From Candidatus Omnitrophota bacterium (GTDB lineage: Bacteria > Omnitrophota > Gorgyraeia > Zapsychrales > JBAZNR01), in the NCBI GenBank assembly GCA_041649175.1, contig JBAZNR010000001.1, positions 588,956 to 652,955 on the forward strand: a stretch of 64,000 nucleotides of DNA, in the 5' to 3' direction. Both the position numbers and the translations under genes were made by a program. Positions 56,450 to 64,000 of the stretch are shown one piece after another (the first letter of the stretch is position 1; each line of letters starts with the position of its first letter). Under the pieces are notes generated by a model, which did no database searches, had not been told where the DNA came from, and saw nothing but the letters and a program-made list of their open reading frames with translations.

Positions 56450-58006
56450 ATGATTAAAGTTAAGCGTGCCCTGATCAGCGTTTCGGATAAAACGGGTTTA
56501 AACGAATTTGCTAAAGGGCTTCATGCAAAAGGCATTGAGATCATTTCCACCGGAGGAACGGCGCGCACACTTAAAGACTTTGGCATTCCGGTTATCGAAG
56601 TTTCGGATTATACCGGGTTTCCCGAAATGCTCGACGGAAGAGTAAAAACGCTACATCCTTCTATTCACGGCGGGCTTTTAGCGGTCCGTGATAATCCCGA
56701 ACATATGAAGCAGCTTAAAGAGCATCATATCGGCCTTATCGATATGGTTGTTATTAATCTTTATCCGTTCGAGCGCGTCATCCAAAAAAAGAATGTTGCC
56801 TTAGAAGAGGTCATCGAAAATATTGATATTGGTGGGCCCTCCATGCTTCGCTCGGCGGCTAAGAATTTTAAAAGTGTTGCCGTTGTTTGCAATCCTTCCC
56901 GCTACAAAGAAATTTTAAAAGAATTAGACACTAATACCGGCATTCTTTCCGATGCTGTTTTGATCAATTTAGCTTTAGAGGCATTTCAAACCACGTCACG
57001 CTATGATAGTATTATTTACGACTATCTAACCAATCGTTTACGCAGCGGAGATTTTTCCGGGCTTCCCAAAGAATTATCCTTACGATTTTCTAAAGTTCAG
57101 GATCTACGTTACGGAGAAAATCCGCATCAAGCGGCCGCGTTTTATCGTGATAGTGATAGTCAAACTGGTTTAGCCAAAATCAAACAACTGCACGGCAAAG
57201 AACTTTCTTTCAATAATATTTTGGACCTTAACGCGACCGTTGCCATTATCCGGGAATTTGACGGGCCGGCGGCAACGATCATTAAACATAATAATCCGAC
57301 CGGTGTCTGCGAGGGTAAATCATTAGCAAAGGCTTATCAAAATGCGCACGCGTGCGATCCTTTGTCAGCATTTGGTGGGATCATAGGCCTTAACCGCGAT
57401 GTGGATACGGCGACGGCAAAACTGATCGCTAAAAGCGGTTTTATGGAATGTATTATTGCGCCGGGATTTGATAAAGAGGCTTTAGCGATCTTAACTCAAA
57501 AGAAAAACGTCCGCATCATCGAAGTGGATCTGAAAAATTTTAAACCCAAGGAATTTGATTTTAAGAAAGTATCCGGCGGACTTTTACTGCAGGATCAAGA
57601 CAGCAGAAAGCTTAATATTTCCGAATTAAAAGTTGTCAGTAAATTAAAGCCTACGGCGGATCAGTTGGAATCAATGCATTTTGCTTGGAAAGTTGTTAAG
57701 AATGTCAAATCCAACGCGATCGTTCTCGCCAAAGGAAAAAATATCGTCGGTGTTGGTTGCGGCCAGACCAGTCGCGTGGAAAGCGCGGCAACAGCGATAA
57801 AGAAGGCCGGAAAAAATGTGCGTGGTGCTGTTTTAGCCTCTGATGCTTTTATCCCTAAGGTTGACACGGTAACGCTTGCCAAAAAAGCCGGGATCAAGGC
57901 GATCATCCAAACCGGCGGTTCTATCGAAGATGCCAATGTCATCAAAGCGGCGGATAAGTCAAAGATCATTATGGTTGTAACCGGCGTTCGGCATTTTAAG
58001 CATTGA
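56450..58006 (+). CDS. purH: bifunctional AICAR transformylase / IMP cyclohydrolase
   Basis: MGS-like N-domain (ISVSDKTGL, TGGTA) and AICARFT domain similarity across 518 aa. Confidence 0.95.
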   Translation: MIKVKRALISVSDKTGLNEFAKGLHAKGIEIISTGGTARTLKDFGIPVIEVSDYTGFPEMLDGRVKTLHPSIHGGLLAVRDNPEHMKQLKEHHIGLIDMVVINLYPFERVIQKKNVALEEVIENIDIGGPSMLRSAAKNFKSVAVVCNPSRYKEILKELDTNTGILSDAVLINLALEAFQTTSRYDSIIYDYLTNRLRSGDFSGLPKELSLRFSKVQDLRYGENPHQAAAFYRDSDSQTGLAKIKQLHGKELSFNNILDLNATVAIIREFDGPAATIIKHNNPTGVCEGKSLAKAYQNAHACDPLSAFGGIIGLNRDVDTATAKLIAKSGFMECIIAPGFDKEALAILTQKKNVRIIEVDLKNFKPKEFDFKKVSGGLLLQDQDSRKLNISELKVVSKLKPTADQLESMHFAWKVVKNVKSNAIVLAKGKNIVGVGCGQTSRVESAATAIKKAGKNVRGAVLASDAFIPKVDTVTLAKKAGIKAIIQTGGSIEDANVIKAADKSKIIMVVTGVRHFKH

Positions 58007-58009
58007 GCC

Positions 58010-59365
58010 ATGACCTCATCTGAGGCAAGAACATATCTCGATTCTTTTGCTAATTACGAATTAAAATCCCTTCCTGATGCGCAACATTTTGATCTGCGCC
58101 GTGTTCATCAACTTCTTAGCTTTCTCGGAAATCCTCAAAAAAAAATAAAATTTCTTCACATCGCCGGAACAAAAGGCAAAGGGTCCACCTGTGTTTTTGT
58201 GGCCTATATTTTGCGCGCGGCCGGTTATCGCGTCGGATTATATACATCGCCGCATTTTTATAATTTTGCGGAAAGAATTCGTATTCTCAATCCCTGGAAA
58301 AAATTCCCTATTCAAAATTATTTTTCCGGAACAATCAGCGAAACACATTTATTGCACGTGGTCAAAGACATAAAAAGCGCAGTTGAGAAGGTTAAGAAGA
58401 ATAAAAAATGGGGGACATTGACCTTCTTTGAAGTTTATACGGTTTTAGCGATCTATTATTTTGCGAAGCAAAGAGTTGATTTTGCGGTTCTGGAAACCGG
58501 TTTAGGCGGCAGGCTTGACGCGACGAATTGCGTGGACGCGATCGTCTGCGCTATTACGTCGATTAGCCTGGAGCATACGGATTTTTTGGGAACAACCATC
58601 AAGAGCATCGCTCGGGAAAAATCAGGAATTATAAAAAAGAAAGATCAAATTGTTATTATTGCTCCTCAAAAAAAAGATGCTTTAACGGTTATCAAAAATT
58701 TTTCCGGCAAGATTGGTTCTAGAAATTATTTTCTTGGGAAAGATATACGATTTCAAAGAGAGAAACAAGATCTTAGAGAACAAGTTTTTCATCTTAAGGG
58801 ATTGAGAAATTCTTACCGGGATTTAAAAACAAGTCTTTTAGGGCGTCATCAAATTGTTAATGCCGCGACGGCCATTGGCATGGTAGAATCGCTTTCTAGT
58901 AAAGGGTTTTTTATTGATGCATCAAGTATTCGCCAGGGAATTAGGGAAGCGTTGTGGCCTGGACGATTTGAGATCATTAAAAAAAATCCGTACATTGTTT
59001 TAGACGGAGCTCATAACAAGGCTTCTGCTGCTATTTTAGCGCGAACTGTCAAAGAGATTTTCAAAACAAGAAAAGTTATTCTTATTTTGGGAATTTCTAA
59101 TGATAAAGATATTTCCGGGATCTGTCGGGAACTCGGTAAAATAGCAAAGAAGATTATTTTGACGAAAGCCGCTCATCCTCGGGCGTTTGAATTTTCGGAC
59201 AAGGATAAAAAAAGATTCCCTCGTAAAGAAGTGATCATGGCAAACGATGTAAAACAGGCTATGGATGAAGCATTAGCTTCGTCGGAGAGAAATGATATCA
59301 TCTTAGTTGCGGGTTCGCTTTTTATCGCCGCAGAGGCAAGGAAATTATGCGTTCAATTCCAATAG
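58010..59365 (+). CDS. folC: folylpolyglutamate synthase / dihydrofolate synthase
   Basis: HIAGTKGKGST P-loop of the Mur-ligase family in FolC context. Confidence 0.85.
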   Translation: MTSSEARTYLDSFANYELKSLPDAQHFDLRRVHQLLSFLGNPQKKIKFLHIAGTKGKGSTCVFVAYILRAAGYRVGLYTSPHFYNFAERIRILNPWKKFPIQNYFSGTISETHLLHVVKDIKSAVEKVKKNKKWGTLTFFEVYTVLAIYYFAKQRVDFAVLETGLGGRLDATNCVDAIVCAITSISLEHTDFLGTTIKSIAREKSGIIKKKDQIVIIAPQKKDALTVIKNFSGKIGSRNYFLGKDIRFQREKQDLREQVFHLKGLRNSYRDLKTSLLGRHQIVNAATAIGMVESLSSKGFFIDASSIRQGIREALWPGRFEIIKKNPYIVLDGAHNKASAAILARTVKEIFKTRKVILILGISNDKDISGICRELGKIAKKIILTKAAHPRAFEFSDKDKKRFPRKEVIMANDVKQAMDEALASSERNDIILVAGSLFIAAEARKLCVQFQ

Positions 59366-60792
59366 ACGATACGATCGTTGCTATTTCAACAGCCGCCGGA
59401 CAAGGCGGTATTGGGATCATCCGTTTAAGCGGTAAAGGATCTTTGAAGATCGCTGATCAGATATTTATATCAAAGAATAAAATGAAACCATCTGATTTTA
59501 AAAGTTACACAGTTCATTACGGATGGATCATTAATAAGATCAAAAACCAGAAATCCAAAATCAAAAATAAGGGCAATCTATCGGCGGATACGGACGCAGA
59601 CACAATCGATGAAGTTCTTTTGACCGTTATGCGCGCGCCCAAAAGTTACACCAGAGAAGATATCGTTGAAATCAGCTGTCATGGCAGCAGCGTTTCTTTA
59701 AAAGCTATTTTAAGCGTGATTGTTTCTTGCGGCGCTAGATTAGCCGAACCGGGTGAGTTTACTAAACGCGCCTTTCTTAACGGGCGTATTGATCTGGCAC
59801 AAGCGGAAGCCGTTTTAGATATTATCCAAGCAAAAACGGATGCCTTTCTGAAGGTAAGCCTTCATCAATTAAAAGGGGAATTGACCGTTGAGCTTGAAGC
59901 GATCAGGGAAATCCTGATGGATATTTATACGGAAATAGAAGCCATTGTTAATTTTCCGGAAGATGATATTGATGCTTCCAATGTAAAGGGTATTTCCAAG
60001 AAAATTGACGCAGCTTGCAGGCGGGTTGAGGAACTTCTTAAAACCAGTGAACACGGAAAAGTTTTAAAAGACGGGATCAAGGTGGTTTTGTGCGGTAAGC
60101 CTAATGTCGGGAAATCTTCACTGCTCAATGTTTTCTTAAAGCAGTCGCGCGCTATTGTGACGGATATCGCCGGAACAACCCGCGACACCATTGAAGAAAC
60201 GGCGCAGATCAAAGGAATTCCGCTCCAGCTCATTGATACAGCCGGGATCTTGGTTCCGCGTGACCTCATAGAAGAAGAAGCGGTCAAGCGAAGCCGGATG
60301 TCCATCGAAAGCGCGGATTTGGTGCTTTTGATCCTAGACGGAAATCGGACATTGGATGAAGAAGACGTAAAGCTTTTCACGCAAGTAAAAGACCGCAATG
60401 TTTTTTTGGTCGTCAACAAATGTGATCTGCCTCAGAAATTAGAAAAAGAAGAAATGGCAAGTAAGATGAACCATAAAAAGATCTTTTTTGTTTCCGCGCT
60501 TGAGAAAAAAGGAATTTCTGAACTAGAAAATGAGATCGTTAAAAATGTTTGGCATGAAGAAGCCGTTAATACCAGAGGCATTCTTATCAGCAATGTCCGC
60601 CATATTCATTCTCTTCAAGAATGTGTGGCGGGTTTAAAAAAAGCAAGAAAATCATTAACAGAACGTATATCGCTGGAGTTTATATCAGAAGAAATAAGAT
60701 CAGCCGTGAATTGCTTAGATCAAATTACCGGGCGAGATATTGATTCAGATCTTCTGGATAAGATCTTCTCTAGTTTTTGTATCGGAAAATAG
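59347..60792 (+). CDS. mnmE: tRNA modification GTPase MnmE
   Basis: G-domain GKPNVGKSSLLN, DTAG, NKCD and the C-terminal CIGK tetrapeptide. Confidence 0.9.
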   Translation: MRSIPIDDTIVAISTAAGQGGIGIIRLSGKGSLKIADQIFISKNKMKPSDFKSYTVHYGWIINKIKNQKSKIKNKGNLSADTDADTIDEVLLTVMRAPKSYTREDIVEISCHGSSVSLKAILSVIVSCGARLAEPGEFTKRAFLNGRIDLAQAEAVLDIIQAKTDAFLKVSLHQLKGELTVELEAIREILMDIYTEIEAIVNFPEDDIDASNVKGISKKIDAACRRVEELLKTSEHGKVLKDGIKVVLCGKPNVGKSSLLNVFLKQSRAIVTDIAGTTRDTIEETAQIKGIPLQLIDTAGILVPRDLIEEEAVKRSRMSIESADLVLLILDGNRTLDEEDVKLFTQVKDRNVFLVVNKCDLPQKLEKEEMASKMNHKKIFFVSALEKKGISELENEIVKNVWHEEAVNTRGILISNVRHIHSLQECVAGLKKARKSLTERISLEFISEEIRSAVNCLDQITGRDIDSDLLDKIFSSFCIGK

Positions 60793-60795
60793 CTC

Positions 60796-61560
60796 TTAAG
60801 GATTTTCCGGTTGGCTTGACGGTTGCGAGGTTTGTGTTTCAGTGAGGCTGGGCGTCTGCGTTAAAATAGCCGCATTTAAATCCATGATCTTTTTAACCAC
60901 ATCTTTATCCTGCATTAATTGGGCAATCTTTGGATTCGACAATAGTTTTGTCAGGTCTTTTTTCTCAATTTGCTGAACTATCTCCGGGTCGGCTAAGACT
61001 TCTTTCACTTTTTCATTTTGAGAAAATTCCTGGAACTGCGGCAACTGCCGGACAGCTTCTAGTTGTTCGGGATGCTGAGTAATGGTGGCAACGTTTTTCA
61101 TCTGATCGGCAAACCCAACGCGTCCTTGTGTTAATTGATTTAAGCACTGGTAACTTTTCGACGCAAGGACAGTATCTTGGATCCCAAAAATATTTCCGAT
61201 CATAGGTGGTAAAGTAGCAATGCAGGTGAAAAGGATGAACACAACCGCAATGCTCCAGCCAAAGTTAAAAAACCCTCCTAATAGCCGGCTTAAAAGTGTT
61301 GGCGGCATTCCACCATCTACGGACCTGTTCCACCAATTGACCAATAATGTTAGGAAAATATTCAAAACGATGGGCCCGAGGCAGATCAAAAGAAATGATT
61401 TGAAGATATCGGATGTTTGATGGAAGTAATAATATCCTGCTCCGACGCCAATGGCAAGTGACAAAGGGCCGATCAGGATGCGGACAATGCCTTTCGAATA
61501 ACCGTTCAAGACAAAAAAAGCCAAGATGCCCAGAACAATGATATCAATAATGAACGACAA
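60796..61560 (-). CDS. CvpA-family membrane protein with C-terminal repeat-rich tail
   Basis: N-terminal MSFIIDIIVLGILAFFVLNGYSKGIVR and 4 TM helices typical of CvpA. Confidence 0.55.
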   Translation of the reverse strand: MSFIIDIIVLGILAFFVLNGYSKGIVRILIGPLSLAIGVGAGYYYFHQTSDIFKSFLLICLGPIVLNIFLTLLVNWWNRSVDGGMPPTLLSRLLGGFFNFGWSIAVVFILFTCIATLPPMIGNIFGIQDTVLASKSYQCLNQLTQGRVGFADQMKNVATITQHPEQLEAVRQLPQFQEFSQNEKVKEVLADPEIVQQIEKKDLTKLLSNPKIAQLMQDKDVVKKIMDLNAAILTQTPSLTETQTSQPSSQPENP

Positions 61561-61584
61561 TGGTTAACCTTTAAGTTTTGGAAG

Positions 61585-61929
61585 TTATGGTGTTTTAGAC
61601 TGCCTGGAGAGATGATCGATGGAGTTTTTAGCTCCGGCGCTCAAATCAAAAAATGCCGCGCGTGTTTTAAAATTTCCATCCTCAGCTCTTATTGACTCGA
61701 TGACTCGGCCAAACAGTTCCGCCTTTTCTTTAAAATCCGGAGGTACGCGTAATGTAATACGGATGACATCATCTTTGGCGATTTCACGATCGGCGAGAAA
61801 ACAAATGCCAACGTGGCTAATGTCTAAGACTTTAGACGGGTTTCCTTCCGCGGAGACCTTGCGGTAAACCTGACAGAGGATGCTGAAATCTTCTTTGATC
61901 CGGGGATCTTTGCGGCGTTCTTCGCTCAT
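61585..61929 (-). CDS. PilZ domain protein
   Basis: RRKDPRIKEDF (RxxxR) and DISHVGICF (D.S..G) motifs. Confidence 0.6.
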   Translation of the reverse strand: MSEERRKDPRIKEDFSILCQVYRKVSAEGNPSKVLDISHVGICFLADREIAKDDVIRITLRVPPDFKEKAELFGRVIESIRAEDGNFKTRAAFFDLSAGAKNSIDHLSRQSKTP

Positions 61930-61985
61930 AGGAATATCCTTATAATAACTGCTTTCATTGTAGCCGATTTACTTTCTTATGACCA

Positions 61986-63668
61986 TTATTTTAAGAGATT
62001 TTTCTTAGAAAACCATTCGTCATGAAGTTTTTTCCCATCCAATATCCAGGCAAAACCTTTTTGACGGTCCGCGTCACGTATGTCCTTAACAATAAGATCG
62101 CGATAAGTGCAGATCTCTTCTTCTTGAGTCCACATAGGACTGGATGATAAAGACGGAAATGTGGCAACAACATAATCATAAAAATGCCCCGATTCAAAAA
62201 GTTCTGTCAAATAGGGATCGGCTTTAAAATCTTCTTCTCGGCATTCACACCAGATCGTTTTTCCGGTGATCGGGGGGATCAGGATATAACCTTTGGTGAC
62301 CTGGGCGATCGTGTCTATCCACTGAAAATAGACCTTATTTTCATGTTTAGGATTATTAAGATACATGACGATATTTTTGTAACGGGGATGAGCCAAATAT
62401 GTGTAGACTTCATTGGTGCGTTTATTCATCAGCCAATCATAAATGCGGGTTGTGACCATGCGAGAAGGAAAGACATCGGATAAAAATACCCGCGCGTTAA
62501 AAATAATATGGCTTGCTAGAAGCAAGAAAACAACGCTCGTAAAAATTATTTTATATTTTCTTGAAAGAGCCCAGATCTGCGTTCTTATTTCGTGAAAAAC
62601 GAGGCTTAAGGTGAAAATAATTCCCGCAAACCAAGAGAAGTAATTTCGTCCGAATTGAGCCACCTGAATGATCTCAACTAAGATCGGCGTGGAAAGGCTT
62701 AAAAGGACGATCCAAATCAAGCGGCGATTCTTAAAACAGGCGATCGTTATGAGCGCCAGAGAGACAAGATATGCCCAAAACATAATGGGCATGACAAGAA
62801 AGAAATATCTGAAGATCCATTCCCATCCGTCTCCGCGCATGGATAAGGGAACCGGGAAAAACTGAGCCAAGTAATTTTTATAGATGATGAAATTATTGCT
62901 GTGTTGGCTCATGCGGATAAATTTGAAAAAGTATTCCATATTTTGAATGGGGCGAGGAATGGTGAACAACAGAAAGATGCTCAATGCTCCGGTGAAGATC
63001 AAGGCGGCGGGGATAAAGGCTTTGTAAAGATTTTCCTTGGATAAATTTGGTTTTATGATCGCGTAATAGATAAAGACAGCCAGACAGTAAGGGAAATAGA
63101 CAGAAGATGTTGGTGACGAAAAGAACATCAGCCCTAGGAATATTCCGGATAAAAAATAAGCGCCCTTATATTTTTCTGATCGCTGGATGAAAAAGACAGC
63201 CGCCAGAAAATTCATCAGCACTAAAGGCGGATGCGCTCCTTGCAAAATATACAAATAAGGCCAAAAAGAGGCGGTAAAAAGCGTGCACGCGAATAAACCG
63301 GCATGCTCATCGAAGAATTCTTTAATGATAAAGTAGATCAGTAAAGAAGAAATAGCGACGGCTAAGATAAGAAGCAAAACATTGGGATAAAGGCTATCGT
63401 AGTCGTTCAAGAGTTTTTGCATGATGGCGATGCCTAGAATAAGAGTTTCCTTGGCGCGCATCGTTAATTTGAAAGAACTGAAGCTAAAAAGGTCATGGAT
63501 CTGGGATATGTAGGGAAGTTCAAAAAGTTTTCGAGCGGCAGGAAGGTAAGGATTTTCGGAATCCGTCGGCCAATAATTGATGTGATAAGTTGCTATCGAT
63601 AAAGCGATAGCGATCAAAACGACCACAAGGACAATAAAACGTAAATAATGTTTATTCCATGAGCTCAT
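61986..63668 (-). CDS. polytopic membrane protein, possible GT-C-fold glycosyltransferase
   Basis: About 12 TM helices followed by a soluble C-terminal domain; AT-rich. No diagnostic motif. Confidence 0.35.
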   Translation of the reverse strand: MSSWNKHYLRFIVLVVVLIAIALSIATYHINYWPTDSENPYLPAARKLFELPYISQIHDLFSFSSFKLTMRAKETLILGIAIMQKLLNDYDSLYPNVLLLILAVAISSLLIYFIIKEFFDEHAGLFACTLFTASFWPYLYILQGAHPPLVLMNFLAAVFFIQRSEKYKGAYFLSGIFLGLMFFSSPTSSVYFPYCLAVFIYYAIIKPNLSKENLYKAFIPAALIFTGALSIFLLFTIPRPIQNMEYFFKFIRMSQHSNNFIIYKNYLAQFFPVPLSMRGDGWEWIFRYFFLVMPIMFWAYLVSLALITIACFKNRRLIWIVLLSLSTPILVEIIQVAQFGRNYFSWFAGIIFTLSLVFHEIRTQIWALSRKYKIIFTSVVFLLLASHIIFNARVFLSDVFPSRMVTTRIYDWLMNKRTNEVYTYLAHPRYKNIVMYLNNPKHENKVYFQWIDTIAQVTKGYILIPPITGKTIWCECREEDFKADPYLTELFESGHFYDYVVATFPSLSSSPMWTQEEEICTYRDLIVKDIRDADRQKGFAWILDGKKLHDEWFSKKNLLK

Positions 63669-63865
63669 AGAATATCTTTTAAATCCGGGGATTTGCTTTC
63701 CTAAAAGTTGTTGATCTTCGAATATGCCATGGCCGTGAGGCTGTGGAATTTCACTATATCCTAAAATTTTTAGATAATCAAGGCGGGAGGTATTTGTTAT
63801 TTATTCGTATTATGTTGGTTACTTTATTCGTCTTCGGTAGTAAAATAAAATACGAGGTGAAAACC

Positions 63866-63999
63866 ATGAGAAAGTATTCCCGGATCATTTTTGTCGTTGT
63901 TGCGTGTTTTTTTCTTTGTTCGTGCGAAAGAATAAAGACATCCATGATGTATCTGGAGGCGAGCACAGCCTATAATCAGGGCAATATGGGCAAAGCCAT
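63866..63999 (+). CDS. partial (5' end) putative lipoprotein / TPR-like protein
   Basis: GAGGTGA RBS; MRKYSRIIFVVVACFFLCSC signal with a Cys-containing lipobox-like end. Truncated by the window edge. Confidence 0.3.
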   Translation, partial: MRKYSRIIFVVVACFFLCSCERIKTSMMYLEASTAYNQGNMGKA

Positions 64000-64000
64000 T

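Overview
This is a roughly 45% GC bacterial chromosomal segment with dense coding. Most + strand genes are housekeeping: glmS, rsmI, a pyr cluster (pyrR-pyrB-pyrC and pyrK-pyrD-pyrF), mutM, pabB/pabC, an Lrp-family regulator with an aminotransferase, era, nrnA, purH, folC, mnmE and rpsU. There are three tRNA genes: Arg-CCG, Val-TAC and Asp-GTC. The most unusual content is a 10-kb block on the - strand (40297-50318). It holds two tandem copies of a two-gene module. The first gene encodes a 650-660 aa protein with a canonical type IV prepilin (class III) signal and arrays of Cys-rich mini-modules. The second gene encodes an 860-940 aa protein that starts with a PilX-N-like minor-pilin segment. 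The downstream pilin ends in a Hint/bacterial-intein-like domain. Both pilin genes are preceded by a conserved leader that contains an intrinsic-terminator hairpin. Other notable items follow. A Bacillus-type PyrR attenuator sits in front of pyrR. The pyr cluster is split by a tRNA-Arg locus with att-like direct repeats and a partial tRNA duplicate. A visibly AT-rich two-gene island (trypsin-like protease plus membrane protein) is flanked by duplicated promoter-like repeats. A palindromic intergenic repeat family brackets rpmA-glmS. A CsoR-type operator palindrome lies at the window start. There are three PilZ-domain proteins, one fused to a glycoside-hydrolase-like domain. An ATP-grasp plus lysine 2,3-aminomutase pair is present. 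No CRISPR array, integrase, transposase or rRNA was seen. All calls rest on motif recognition by eye; no database search was possible.
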